From an uncultured Candidatus Saccharibacteria bacterium (GTDB lineage: Bacteria; Patescibacteriota; Saccharimonadia; Saccharimonadales; Saccharimonadaceae), in the NCBI GenBank assembly GCA_947165975.1, contig CAMVCL010000002.1, forward strand, positions 4,987 through 68,986: a stretch of DNA of 64,000 bases, in the 5' to 3' direction. The stretch's first letter is position 1. Every line of letters begins with the position of its first letter. Shown here piece after piece: positions 48,637 through 58,655 of the stretch. The notes beneath the pieces were generated by a model. It ran no database searches. It saw only the letters and a list, made by a program, of their open reading frames with translations, and was not told the origin of the DNA. Made by a program: the position numbers and the translations under genes.

Positions 48637-50136
48637 ATGAAACCATCGGTTACTGAATCCGAGCGCATTGAGCGTGCAGTTGAATTTGCTAAAAAAGCCC
48701 ACGAGGGTCAGCTTAGGAGAACTGGCGAACCCTACATCGTCCATCCTCTAGCAGTCAAAAAGATTCTTGAAGAGTGGGGAATGGATGAAGACACTATTAT
48801 TGCCGGTATTTTGCATGACACAGTCGAAGATACAGATGTTACTCTAGATGATATTCGTCACGAGTTTGGCAATTCTGTGGCTTTTTTAGTTGACGGCGTT
48901 ACTAAACTTTCTACCGCACGTACAGGCATGCGTGACATTGACACCTATCTCCCCGCCACTAAAGACAATTTCCTCCGACTTATGATCGCGCTCGGAGACG
49001 ATATTCGCGTTCTGATTATCAAACTGGCTGACCGTTTGCATAATCTGCGTACTCTTTCTGCTCTTCCACCTGACAAACAAAAGAAGATTGCTAAAGAAAC
49101 TCTTGAAGTATTCGCTCCGCTTGCCGATAGATTAAATATGGGGTTATTACGTGTCGAGATGGCTGACCTGGCTTTTAAATATGTGGACCCTCGTCGTTTC
49201 GAAGAACTTAAGACTTTGATCGAAAAGACCAATAAATCTGCCGAAAAATCACTTAATAAAATCAAGCAGGAAGTATCAACCGCTCTAAAGAAGGAAAAGA
49301 TCGAATTTGAAATCTCTGGTCGTGTGAAGTCAGTTTATTCGCTTCACAAAAAATTAGCCAAACATAATCAAAATATTAATGAGATCTACGATCTAACTGC
49401 GCTGCGTATCATTGTGAACGATATCACCGATTGCTATCTTGTGCTAGGTATTATCCATTCTCTTTATATGCCTATGAATGGACGCATTAAGGATTATATC
49501 GCCATGCCTAAACAAAATGGTTACCAATCCTTACATACCACTGTAATCACTAAGGACAAACATGTCGTTGAATTCCAAATTCGCACACGTGAGATGCATG
49601 AATATGCCGAGCGAGGTCTTGCTGCAAGCTTCTACTATAACGAACAAAAACTTACCGAAAACTATAAAAAGGGAAAGATCGAACACCTTCCGACCAATCT
49701 TCTCTGGATTACTGAGCTTCAAATGACTGCGGCTAAACTGCGCGAAGGCAAAAAAGTCGATTTAAAAAAGCTTAAACTTAATCTATTTGCCGATAAAATC
49801 TTTGTTTATACACCTAAAGGCGACATTATTGATTTGCCAGCTGGTGCTATGCCACTAGATTTCGCTTATCGTCTGCATTCAGAAATCGGCGATCATGTCG
49901 TCGGAGTAAAGATTAATGGCAAGATGAGCAATCTGAACAAAAAATTAGAACAAGGTGACATTGTAGAGATACTTACCTCTAAAAATCAGACACCCAAACC
50001 AACATGGCTTGATAAGATTTTTACACCTCATGCGCGTTCTAAATTACTTCGGGCTCTTAATTTATCTGCTCGTTCAGCCGCTGGCGAAAATATCGAAAGA
50101 AATACCAAAAAGCGCCGTAAGCCTCGCAAGGTATGA
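48637..50136 (+). CDS. rel: bifunctional (p)ppGpp synthetase/hydrolase (RelA/SpoT homolog), short C-terminus
   Basis: HD hydrolase HDTVEDT, synthetase YDLTALRIIV..GYQSLHTTV, and a TGS domain. TATAAT lies 6 nt before the ATG. Confidence 0.9.
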   Translation: MKPSVTESERIERAVEFAKKAHEGQLRRTGEPYIVHPLAVKKILEEWGMDEDTIIAGILHDTVEDTDVTLDDIRHEFGNSVAFLVDGVTKLSTARTGMRDIDTYLPATKDNFLRLMIALGDDIRVLIIKLADRLHNLRTLSALPPDKQKKIAKETLEVFAPLADRLNMGLLRVEMADLAFKYVDPRRFEELKTLIEKTNKSAEKSLNKIKQEVSTALKKEKIEFEISGRVKSVYSLHKKLAKHNQNINEIYDLTALRIIVNDITDCYLVLGIIHSLYMPMNGRIKDYIAMPKQNGYQSLHTTVITKDKHVVEFQIRTREMHEYAERGLAASFYYNEQKLTENYKKGKIEHLPTNLLWITELQMTAAKLREGKKVDLKKLKLNLFADKIFVYTPKGDIIDLPAGAMPLDFAYRLHSEIGDHVVGVKINGKMSNLNKKLEQGDIVEILTSKNQTPKPTWLDKIFTPHARSKLLRALNLSARSAAGENIERNTKKRRKPRKV

Positions 50137-50151
50137 TATAATATACGAGAC

Positions 50152-50227
50152 GCCGATGTAGCTCAGTTGGTAGAGCAGCTCATTCGTAACGAGCAGGTCA
50201 CAGGTTCGATCCCTGCCATCGGCTCCA
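50152..50227 (+). tRNA. tRNA-Thr (CGT), CCA encoded
   Basis: Cloverleaf with acceptor GCCGATG/CATCGGC and anticodon loop TTCGTAA. Confidence 0.9.
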
Positions 50228-50361
50228 TCTAAAACCGCACCTTTTGGTGTGGCGATTTTATATAAATATTCTATTCTATCTTTCAAATAAGATATTTTTA
50301 TGCTTTATATTAATTAGTTTTCCCGTCCAAGTATATGGTATAATTATTAAAAGGAGTTTTT

Positions 50362-50967
50362 ATGTCTAAGGTGGAAGTTATTAAACGTCCAGTAGAAAAT
50401 ATTAGCAATCATTTCAAACAAGCTGCGTGGATGGCAATTCTAGAATCGCTCGCTACGGCGATAGTTGGTGTATTTTTGATTGCTTGGCCTGATACTGTCA
50501 TAAAGGTTGTCGCATATGTTGTAGGCGTTTTCTTCGCTATAAAAGGAGCGTATCAAATAATCAATTACTTTATCGTCAAAGGTCAGAACGATTACTTTAA
50601 TAACGGTCTTCTCATGGGAGTTATTTCGGTACTTGTCGGGATCGCAGTTCTTGTAATGGGGGAAGAGATTGCTAGCGTTTTTCGCATCGTTGTTGGTATT
50701 TGGATGATTTACGAATCACTAGTTCGCATGAATACAGCCATTAAGCTTCATGCGGCCAAGATCAATATCTGGAAGTATGTACTTCTTTTGGCTTTGTCAA
50801 TGTTGATAATTGGCATATTCGTCACCTTCTACGAAGGCGCGGTAGTGGTCCTAATTGGCTGGATGATGGTCCTAAACGGCATCATTGGCATTGTGGGAGA
50901 TGTTATGTTTATCCAATACGTTAACGACTTTGCTGAAAAACTAACTGGTAAAAAGGCCCATGAATAA
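50362..50967 (+). CDS. DUF308/HdeD-like membrane protein
   Basis: Six hydrophobic helices with a repeated G..i..Gi pattern. SD AAAGGAG. Confidence 0.5.
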   Translation: MSKVEVIKRPVENISNHFKQAAWMAILESLATAIVGVFLIAWPDTVIKVVAYVVGVFFAIKGAYQIINYFIVKGQNDYFNNGLLMGVISVLVGIAVLVMGEEIASVFRIVVGIWMIYESLVRMNTAIKLHAAKINIWKYVLLLALSMLIIGIFVTFYEGAVVVLIGWMMVLNGIIGIVGDVMFIQYVNDFAEKLTGKKAHE

Positions 50968-51322
50968 TCTAAAAAAAGATTTCATTAAAATCTATCATGA
51001 TGAGAGAGGTGTGCTACTCTTAATGGTTCTCAATCTGCTAATTTCGCTTGGGTTATTCGTCTTTTCTATTCTTAGCTTAAACCCCAACGCTGCTGTAGTA
51101 AAAGTTGGTTATGGTGATATCGGTGGCTATCGTGATGGGACATGGGTAAGTTTAATTGCATTTCCAGTTTTAGCACTAATTTATGGTATTTTGCATAATA
51201 TTCTCACTATTAGAATATTTCACAAGCGAGGTAGCGGTATGGCGAAATTTTTCCTTATTTCTACCACCCTATTGATTCTTGGTACAATTCTAGTATTGAC
51301 GCGCTTACTCGGAGAAGCCTAG
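50960..51322 (+). CDS. hypothetical small membrane protein (3-4 TM)
   Basis: 120-aa hydrophobic ORF that overlaps the upstream stop. Confidence 0.45.
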   Translation: MNNLKKDFIKIYHDERGVLLLMVLNLLISLGLFVFSILSLNPNAAVVKVGYGDIGGYRDGTWVSLIAFPVLALIYGILHNILTIRIFHKRGSGMAKFFLISTTLLILGTILVLTRLLGEA

Positions 51323-51326
51323 AAAT

Positions 51327-52952
51327 ATGCGTAAGAATCTCGAAATACCTCAGGGCAAGCGCACTAAACTTTACCGTGCTCTAGAAGTCTTACCTGGATT
51401 TATTTCCTATAGTGCCATCATTTTGTTATTTGTTTTGTCGCTAGTGAATCCAGTTATTGGGGCGATCTATCTATTCATTCTAATTGCAACAACTTTAGTT
51501 AAGGCAATCGGCGTAGCCTATCGGACCATCCAGGGATACGAAGTGATTAAGCGAGCAGGATACGTGGATTGGCGTTCGCGTGTAGAAGATTTGGAGAATC
51601 CTCACGATGCCTACGAAAAGCTTCACGGTAATGAAGGTAAAAGTTATCACTTTTCCGAACACCTTGAGAATCTTAGAATGATGTCGGCCATGGCATCAGA
51701 CTATCCTAAAGCATCAGCTATTCAGCACGCAGTCATTATGACAGCTTATAATGAAGGCCCAGAAGTATTGGAGCCATCTATTAATGCCGTCAGAAAAAGC
51801 ACTTTTCCGAAAAAGCGCATCATCTTTGTTTTGGCTTATGAAGAACGGGGTGGCGAAGTAATGGAGAATGTTGCCAAAGAGCTTGCAAAAAAATACAAAG
51901 GTGTCTTTAGAGATTTTTTGCTCGTAAAACATCCAGCTAATCTGCCTAACGAAGTCATAGGTAAGGGCCCGAACTTGACCTACGCTGGCCAAGCTCTCAA
52001 AGCATATGTTGAAAAAAATCACATTCCTATCGAAAATGTCATCGTAACCTCTCTAGATAGCGACAACCACATGGCACCTAAATATTTAGATTCTGTTGCT
52101 TACGAGTTTATTACACATCCCAATCGCCAGCGACTCAGCTACCAGCCTGTCTCCTTATTTATGAATAATATTTGGGATGCACCAGCTCCTACTCGTATCA
52201 TCGCAGTTTCGAACTCATTCTTTAATGTGATTTCAACTATGCGCCCGCATTTACTTCGTAACTTCGCTTCGCATTCGCAACCCCTCCAGGCGTTAGCCGC
52301 TATGGATTTTTGGAGTAAACGCACTATTGTTGAAGATGGCCATCAATTTTGGCGCAGTCTATTTTTCTTTGATGGTGACTATTCAGTTTTACCTATTCGT
52401 ATCCCTATCTACCAGGATGCCGTCATCGATGAGACTTTTTGGAAGACCATTAAAGCTCAGTTCGTCCAAGTACGCCGCTGGTATTATGGCGCCAGCGATG
52501 TTGCCTATGTCGGTTCCAGATTGTTTGTGCCCAAAGAGAAGCGTATCATCCCGTTTTGGCAACTCTTTCCAAAATTCTGGCGTTTGTTAGATGGTCATGT
52601 CACTCTTGCAATTCTTGCTCCTATCGTTGCCTTTGGTGGCTGGGTGCCCATGATTATGAATATTTCTGCCCACTCAATGATCACTTATAATATTCCGAAT
52701 ATCGTCAGCGTTGTAGAAACGTTCGCATCAATAGGTCTAATTGTATCAATCCTAGTTTCACTCAGAATGCTCCCTAAGCGTCCGGCTAGATACAAAAAAG
52801 GCCGCAATATCCTTATGGTAGTGCAATGGATCCTTATGCCAATAACCTCAATCATCTATCAGTCACTAGCTGCTTTTTATGCTCAAACACGCCTAATGTT
52901 AGGGCGCTATATGGAGAAATTCGATGTTACCAAGAAGGTGGTAAAAAAATAA
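51327..52952 (+). CDS. membrane-embedded family 2 glycosyltransferase (processive, cellulose/chitin-synthase-like)
   Basis: VIMTAYNEG, TSLDSDN, EDGHQF and QVRRW (the QxxRW motif), with flanking TM helices. Confidence 0.75.
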   Translation: MRKNLEIPQGKRTKLYRALEVLPGFISYSAIILLFVLSLVNPVIGAIYLFILIATTLVKAIGVAYRTIQGYEVIKRAGYVDWRSRVEDLENPHDAYEKLHGNEGKSYHFSEHLENLRMMSAMASDYPKASAIQHAVIMTAYNEGPEVLEPSINAVRKSTFPKKRIIFVLAYEERGGEVMENVAKELAKKYKGVFRDFLLVKHPANLPNEVIGKGPNLTYAGQALKAYVEKNHIPIENVIVTSLDSDNHMAPKYLDSVAYEFITHPNRQRLSYQPVSLFMNNIWDAPAPTRIIAVSNSFFNVISTMRPHLLRNFASHSQPLQALAAMDFWSKRTIVEDGHQFWRSLFFFDGDYSVLPIRIPIYQDAVIDETFWKTIKAQFVQVRRWYYGASDVAYVGSRLFVPKEKRIIPFWQLFPKFWRLLDGHVTLAILAPIVAFGGWVPMIMNISAHSMITYNIPNIVSVVETFASIGLIVSILVSLRMLPKRPARYKKGRNILMVVQWILMPITSIIYQSLAAFYAQTRLMLGRYMEKFDVTKKVVKK

Positions 52953-52983
52953 TCGTAAAACTATTATGCTATAATACAAACTA

Positions 52984-53571
52984 GTGGCGGACAGAATTAC
53001 CGAAGAAAAACTCAAAAATAAAAGATTTAGAGATACGGAGGAGAAAATCCTCACTGCTTTTTTCTTAGTCAAAGATTATCTCAGTATAGAAAGAATCATT
53101 AAGATCGCTAAAATATCTCGTTCTACATTGTATCGTCATCATAAAAATCTCACCCAAGTCGTGCCGGACTACGAAAGATATATTATAAAAAAATTTCGTA
53201 GGATTATTCAAAAGTCTTTATGTTCAAATAATAACAACATCAAAGAACTTTACCAACGAATGCTCATTTTTATCGTAGCTAATAAGAGAATTGCTCAATT
53301 TCTGTTCAGCTTCGGTGATAATCACATTACTCTTGAAAAGATGATTCAATGTCTGCAATCTAAGCTTCTATCATCGCGTAAGATTGCCAACGAAAAGATG
53401 CTGAATATTTATGTAAAAGAAGTCGCAGGTGTTATTGAAGAGTGGGAAAAGAATGGTTATAGTATCGACGAAATTTCGACGACTGTTAATAAGATTGTGT
53501 ATTTGACTAGTACTGCTAGAGCTCGCCTTGGCCCTATCACCTACCAGGATAAATATGATAAAATTAAGTAA
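52984..53571 (+). CDS. TetR/AcrR-like HTH regulator
   Basis: IERIIKIAKISRSTLYRHHKNL resembles the TetR HTH. GTG start. Confidence 0.45.
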   Translation: MADRITEEKLKNKRFRDTEEKILTAFFLVKDYLSIERIIKIAKISRSTLYRHHKNLTQVVPDYERYIIKKFRRIIQKSLCSNNNNIKELYQRMLIFIVANKRIAQFLFSFGDNHITLEKMIQCLQSKLLSSRKIANEKMLNIYVKEVAGVIEEWEKNGYSIDEISTTVNKIVYLTSTARARLGPITYQDKYDKIK

Positions 53572-53582
53572 AGGAGTTTATT

Positions 53583-54467
53583 ATGAATAGCAAGGTCTTT
53601 TTTACCAAAGACATAACCCCAGAAAACCTCATTAAGATATATGAAGCACTCGGCACAGAGTTACCAGGCAAAATCGGCATTAAAGTATCGACTGGTGAAG
53701 CTGGTGCCAAAGGGTATTTAAAAGCGGAGTTAATCGCGCCTCTAGTTCAAAAACTTAAAGGCACGATTGTTGAGTGCAATACCGCATATCCTGGTGAACG
53801 GAACAAGGCCGAAGATCATCTTAAGGTTGCTGCCGAACATGGCTTCACTAGCTTTGCCGAAGTAGATATCATGGATGCTGATGGTGAATTTAAAATTCCA
53901 GTAAAACAAGGTAAGCATCTAGAGTATGATATTTTAGGTGAGCATTTTAACGATTATGATAGTTTTATTAATTTGGCTCACGGCAAAGGTCACGCCATGG
54001 GTGGATTTGGCGCTAATCTGAAGAATCAATCAATTGGCTTTGCTTCCAGAAAAGGGAAAGCCTACATTCACTCTTGTGGCAAAACCGAAAGTCCTAAATT
54101 ATGCTGGATATCTAAACATGAACAGATTGATTTCATTGAATCAATGGCCGAGTCCGCTACTGCTGTAGCCGACTATCTCAAGGAAAAGAATAAACCAATC
54201 GTCTATATTACAGTTATGAATGCTCTTTCGATTGATTGCGACTGTGATTCCAGACAAGGTGATCCAGTGATGAGCGATCTTGGTATTATAGCCTCGCTAG
54301 ATCCAGTTGCTAATGACCAAGCCTTTATTGATATGATTTGGGATAGTAAGGATCCTGGCGCTACCGCACTTAAGGAACGAATCGACTCTCGTCTTGGCCG
54401 TGAAATTCTACCATATGCTGAATCGCTTGGTCTCGGTAGCAGAAAATATGAATTAGTTAAACTATAG
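53583..54467 (+). CDS. DUF362-like protein
   Basis: 294 aa. KIGIKVSTGE...IVECNTAYPG...HGKGHAMGGFG...SIDCDCDS. Family assignment is from memory of DUF362 proteins. Confidence 0.4.
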   Translation: MNSKVFFTKDITPENLIKIYEALGTELPGKIGIKVSTGEAGAKGYLKAELIAPLVQKLKGTIVECNTAYPGERNKAEDHLKVAAEHGFTSFAEVDIMDADGEFKIPVKQGKHLEYDILGEHFNDYDSFINLAHGKGHAMGGFGANLKNQSIGFASRKGKAYIHSCGKTESPKLCWISKHEQIDFIESMAESATAVADYLKEKNKPIVYITVMNALSIDCDCDSRQGDPVMSDLGIIASLDPVANDQAFIDMIWDSKDPGATALKERIDSRLGREILPYAESLGLGSRKYELVKL

Positions 54468-54473
54468 TCTTTA

Positions 54474-54508
54474 CATAGAACGGGTGGTGACAGAACCCCC
54501 GTTCTATG
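54474..54508 (+). terminator. hairpin catagaacggg-13 nt-cccgttctatg, followed by TATAAT for the tRNA
   Basis: 11-bp perfect stem. TATAAT at 54510..54515 lies 8 nt before tRNA-Val. Confidence 0.6.
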
Positions 54509-54523
54509 TTATAATGATTCTGT

Positions 54524-54600
54524 GGGTTGTTAGCTCAGCTGGCTAGAGCGTCTCGTTTACACCGAGAAGGTCGGGGGTTCGAGTCCCTCACAACCCACCA
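54524..54600 (+). tRNA. tRNA-Val (TAC), CCA encoded
   Basis: Cloverleaf with acceptor GGGTTGT/ACAACCC, anticodon stem TCTCG/CGAGA, loop TTTACAC. Confidence 0.92.
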
Positions 54601-54667
54601 GTTATAAAAAATACGCCCAACGGGCTTATTTTTTTGTGGCGATAAAGAAATATACTACAAATAATTA

Positions 54668-54703
54668 TTTAGTGTTTTGCAACAAATGTTGCAAAACACT
54701 AAA
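54668..54703. repeat. perfect 36-bp palindrome (16-bp arms, 4-nt centre)
   Basis: tttagtgttttgcaac-aaat-gttgcaaaacactaaa. The outer ends carry the same TTTAGTGT/ACACTAAA half-sites as the NrdR-like boxes. Confidence 0.85.
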
Positions 54704-54774
54704 GGTTGTAAAAACAGATTAGTGTCAGAGTGATATAATCGCCCTAACGGAGGAGAAAGGGAATAAAAAGCGGA

Positions 54775-55434
54775 ATGTTAAAAATTGTTGTTTTTGATAG
54801 CGGATATGGCGGAGAAGTCTTTGCCGACGAGTTAAAAGAAGAACTACCTATAGTGGACATTATTAGAGTGATTGACTGGCGTCATGCAGCAGCGTTGCTT
54901 GCTAGTCCCAAAGAGGCGCGTAAAACCGCAAAAGAAGCTTTAAAGCCATATATTGGCAAAGTAGACCTGATTGTTTTTGCAAATCATTTGCTTAGTGCCA
55001 CCAGCTTGAAGCATTTTCGTAGACGATATAAAAATCAATTGTTCACAGGGCTTAAACTCAAAGTACCCGAACAATCTAATAAGACTACTACTATTATCCT
55101 CACAACCAAGGCCGTAGCTAGAACAATTAATTATTATAATTATTTGTTCAGGCTTCACAAAAAAGCCACTACACTCGTTCTTGATTCTTGGCCGGCTAAA
55201 ATTGATGATGGAGAACTTTCCGAACAAGAGATTAAGAGTGCTTTAGATAAATACATAAATGGTGATGTTAAATATACAGAAGTTATTTTGGCTTGTTCTC
55301 AATTTTCGGATCTTAAACCAGAACTTCGTCGTATTTTTGGACGCAACCTTAAAATATATGATAGCACCAAAGATACTATCAAAGATGTTTATAAATTGCT
55401 TAAACTGCGCGGTAGTGCCAAAAAATTCAGTTAG
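54775..55434 (+). CDS. divergent Asp/Glu-racemase (MurI)-like protein
   Basis: N-terminal KIVVFDSGYGGEVF resembles MurI. The later motifs are degenerate (FANHLLSATS for ACNTAS; LACSQFS for GCTHYP). Confidence 0.4.
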   Translation: MLKIVVFDSGYGGEVFADELKEELPIVDIIRVIDWRHAAALLASPKEARKTAKEALKPYIGKVDLIVFANHLLSATSLKHFRRRYKNQLFTGLKLKVPEQSNKTTTIILTTKAVARTINYYNYLFRLHKKATTLVLDSWPAKIDDGELSEQEIKSALDKYINGDVKYTEVILACSQFSDLKPELRRIFGRNLKIYDSTKDTIKDVYKLLKLRGSAKKFS

Positions 55435-55519
55435 CTAGATAAATGACAATGCATGTTATATGACTCATCTTGGCTAATCTCTGTGGTATAATATAGATAA
55501 TAGTTAAACGGGAAACAAA

Positions 55520-57262
55520 ATGAAGAACTTAGAAGAGATGAGACATACTCTGAGCCATGTGCTCGCTGCAGCTGTGCAAGAGCTCTATCCTGATGTCAAA
55601 TTCGGCATTGGACCAGCTATTGAAAACGGCTTTTATTACGATATTGATTTTGGCAAAACCAAAATCTCGGATACCGATTTACCAAAGATAGAAAAAAAGA
55701 TGCGTGACATCATCAAGCGCAAGCTACCGATGACAAAACGTGTAGTTTCTAAATCTGAAGCGCTCGATTGGGCGCGTGACCATAAGCAAGATTACAAAGT
55801 CGAACTCATTAACGAACTTCCCGAAAAAGAAGAGATTTCTTTCTATGACATGAAAGATCTGTTCACTGATCTTTGCAAAGGTCCGCATGTCAAAAATCTT
55901 TCCGAAACAGGCCCATTTAAGCTAGTTCGTGTTGCTGGTGCCTACTGGCGCGGCGACGAAAAACGCCCTATGTTGACCCGTATTTATGGCGTAGCCTTTG
56001 CTACTGAAAAAGAACTCGAGGAATATCTGGCTCGTCAAGAAGAAGCAAAAAAACGCGATCACCGTAAACTTGGTAAAGAGTTAGACTTGTTCTGTTTTTC
56101 TGATTTAGTTGGCGCAGGTCTACCTTTATTCACCCCACGCGGTACCGAACTGCGTGAATTAATGGCGAATTATTCTTTAAGCCTTCGTGGTAGGGAAGGA
56201 TTCAAAAAAGTCTTCACTCCCCACATTACTAAAACCGATCTCTACAAAACTTCTGGCCACTACGCAAAGTTTGGTGACGAGTTGTTTATGGTCCATTCTC
56301 AAGTAAATGGCGATGATTTCGCAATGAAGCCAATGAATTGCCCGCACCATACTCAGATTTTTGCTTCTCGTCCTCGTACTTACCGAGAGATGCCGATTCG
56401 CTATATGGAAGCTACAACTGATTACCGCGACGAAAAGACTGGAGAATTAGGCGGCCTCTCTCGCGTCCGCGCTCTTACTCAGGATGACTCACACGTCTTT
56501 TGCCGCAGGGAACAAATCAAAGAAGAAGTTAAACGATTAGTTGGTATTGTTAAAGAACTATACGAAACTGTCGGTATGCAAAAATTACGCGCCCGTCTCT
56601 CTTATCGCTCTGATGAAGATAAATACCTCGGCGATAAAAAACTGTGGGAGATGGCCCAGAATCAGATTAAGCAGGCCGCAATTGATAATGGATTGGATTA
56701 TTTCGAACAAGAAGGCGAAGCTGCCTTTTATGGTCCTAAAATTGACTTTATGGCCGAAGACGCCATTGGTCGTGAGCATCAGCTTGCCACCATTCAATTA
56801 GACTTTGTGATGCCAGAACGCTTCGAGCTCGAATTTACTAATGAAAAAGGCGAAAAAGAACGTCCAGTTATGATTCATCATGCCACCTTAGGCTCAATCG
56901 AAAGATTCTTATCGGTCTATATTGAGCATACTGGTGGTTGGTTCCCATTCTGGTGCGCTCCAGAGCAGGTTCGTATTGTCACCGTAAACGATACGGTATC
57001 CGACTATGTCACCAAAATTACTAAGATTCTTGACGAGATCGTTCTGGATAAGCCACTTAAATATAACGAACTACGTTATACCATAGACGAGTCCGCTGAC
57101 TCGCTTGGTAAAAAGATCCGTCGTGCCACCGAAATGAAAATACCAGCAGTACTCGTAGTTGGTCCAAAAGATGCCGCAGAGGGAATCGTCTCAATTCGTC
57201 TTCGTGACAAAGAAGAAAAACTGAAACTTTCCGAACTTACTGATTATCTTAAGGAATTATAG
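55520..57262 (+). CDS. thrS: threonine--tRNA ligase (no N-terminal TGS domain)
   Basis: Editing/SAD motif HTLSHVLAAAV. Class II motifs with the Zn site MNCPHH. Anticodon-binding C-terminus. Confidence 0.93.
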   Translation: MKNLEEMRHTLSHVLAAAVQELYPDVKFGIGPAIENGFYYDIDFGKTKISDTDLPKIEKKMRDIIKRKLPMTKRVVSKSEALDWARDHKQDYKVELINELPEKEEISFYDMKDLFTDLCKGPHVKNLSETGPFKLVRVAGAYWRGDEKRPMLTRIYGVAFATEKELEEYLARQEEAKKRDHRKLGKELDLFCFSDLVGAGLPLFTPRGTELRELMANYSLSLRGREGFKKVFTPHITKTDLYKTSGHYAKFGDELFMVHSQVNGDDFAMKPMNCPHHTQIFASRPRTYREMPIRYMEATTDYRDEKTGELGGLSRVRALTQDDSHVFCRREQIKEEVKRLVGIVKELYETVGMQKLRARLSYRSDEDKYLGDKKLWEMAQNQIKQAAIDNGLDYFEQEGEAAFYGPKIDFMAEDAIGREHQLATIQLDFVMPERFELEFTNEKGEKERPVMIHHATLGSIERFLSVYIEHTGGWFPFWCAPEQVRIVTVNDTVSDYVTKITKILDEIVLDKPLKYNELRYTIDESADSLGKKIRRATEMKIPAVLVVGPKDAAEGIVSIRLRDKEEKLKLSELTDYLKEL

Positions 57263-58050
57263 TGCCTAAAAATAAGAGCGTTAAAGAAACTTTGAGACAG
57301 GGCAGTATTCCGATTATTCTAGGTCCGACTGGTTCTGGCAAAACCGGCATTTCAATCAAGCTCGCAAAGGTTCTAGACGGTGAAATAATCTCAGCTGATT
57401 CGCGAGCTATTTACAAAGGAATGGATATAGGAACAGCCAAACCTACTAAAAAGGAAATGTCAAACATCCCGCACTGGGGAATTGATCTAGTCGAACCGGG
57501 TCAGCGTTTTACAGTCGCCGATTGGAAAGTATATACAGAAAAAAAAATAAAGGAGATAAAAGCGCGTAATAAAGTCCCGATTGTTGTTGGCGGCACTGGA
57601 CTATATATAGACGCCTTAATCTATGACTATAATTTTAAAGGACCCACCGGAGCCAAGATTGGCGACTTTGAACAAAAAAGTTGTTCAGACAGAACAGAGA
57701 TAAAAGGCGACTATTTAATTATTGGTATCAAATGGTCGACACCAGAGTTAAGGGAACGCCTCAAGGCCAGAATCGACCAAATGTTTTGCGAAGAGTTATA
57801 CGAAGAGACCAAGAAACTTGTTCAAAAATATGGCTGGGGCAGTGGTGCCATGAAGAGTAATATTTATGAGTTTGCCTGGAAATACTTACAGGGCGAGCTG
57901 TCTATAGATGAAGCCAAAGAAAGATGTTTCTATGAAGATTGGCATCTTGCCAAACGTCAACTTACTTGGTTTAAACGTAACCACGACATCACTTGGCTCG
58001 AGCTTGAAAAAATTTATCCATTTGTGCTAAAATATATACAGAATGAGTAA
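57262..58050 (+). CDS. miaA: tRNA dimethylallyltransferase
   Basis: P-loop GPTGSGKTGISIKLA, and EIISADSRAIYKGMDIGTAKPT. GTG start overlaps the thrS stop. Confidence 0.85.
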   Translation: MPKNKSVKETLRQGSIPIILGPTGSGKTGISIKLAKVLDGEIISADSRAIYKGMDIGTAKPTKKEMSNIPHWGIDLVEPGQRFTVADWKVYTEKKIKEIKARNKVPIVVGGTGLYIDALIYDYNFKGPTGAKIGDFEQKSCSDRTEIKGDYLIIGIKWSTPELRERLKARIDQMFCEELYEETKKLVQKYGWGSGAMKSNIYEFAWKYLQGELSIDEAKERCFYEDWHLAKRQLTWFKRNHDITWLELEKIYPFVLKYIQNE

Positions 58051-58648
58051 AGCGGATAGTACACCAACAGAAAAATTGTTTGGGTCTAAAACCAGAGCCA
58101 AACTCCTAAATTTATTTTTTGAAAATCCCGACAAAAGCTTTTATGTTCGCGAGATGACAAGAGTAATTAACGAGCAGATTAACTCTGTTCGTCGTGAACT
58201 ACTTAATCTCGAAAGCATTGGTGTCATTAAAAATGAAACTTTTGATAACAAAGTTTATTATTCAGCCAATAACAAACATCCATTTGCTCGTCCGTTGACA
58301 GATATTTTTTCGAAAAAAATTGATTCAAATCGCGATAAAGATATCAAAGAAAGCACCTGGGAGGATTATTGTCGTCCAGTCAAGCATTATTTGAAAGGTC
58401 TCATAGTCACTAATCGTTTACCAGGTCAAGACGGAATCGACCTATTGATTATCGGCAACGATAAGACCAAAAAATTGACTAGATGGGCTGAAGTTATCGA
58501 AAAAAAGCAGGGAAAACCCATTAATTATGTTATTATGACGCCCGATGATTTTACCTATCGTAGGAGCGTCAAGGATCGTTTCGTTATGGAAATCTTCGAA
58601 ATGGAAATTTCAGAAATAATTGACCCAGAAAAAATAATCAAACCATAG
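58043..58648 (+). CDS. winged-helix (ArsR-like) DNA-binding protein with C-terminal domain of unknown function
   Basis: LFGSKTRAKLLNLFFENPDKSFYVREMTRVINEQINSVRRELLNLESIGVI. Confidence 0.45.
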   Translation: MSKADSTPTEKLFGSKTRAKLLNLFFENPDKSFYVREMTRVINEQINSVRRELLNLESIGVIKNETFDNKVYYSANNKHPFARPLTDIFSKKIDSNRDKDIKESTWEDYCRPVKHYLKGLIVTNRLPGQDGIDLLIIGNDKTKKLTRWAEVIEKKQGKPINYVIMTPDDFTYRRSVKDRFVMEIFEMEISEIIDPEKIIKP

Positions 58649-58655
58649 GAGGCAC

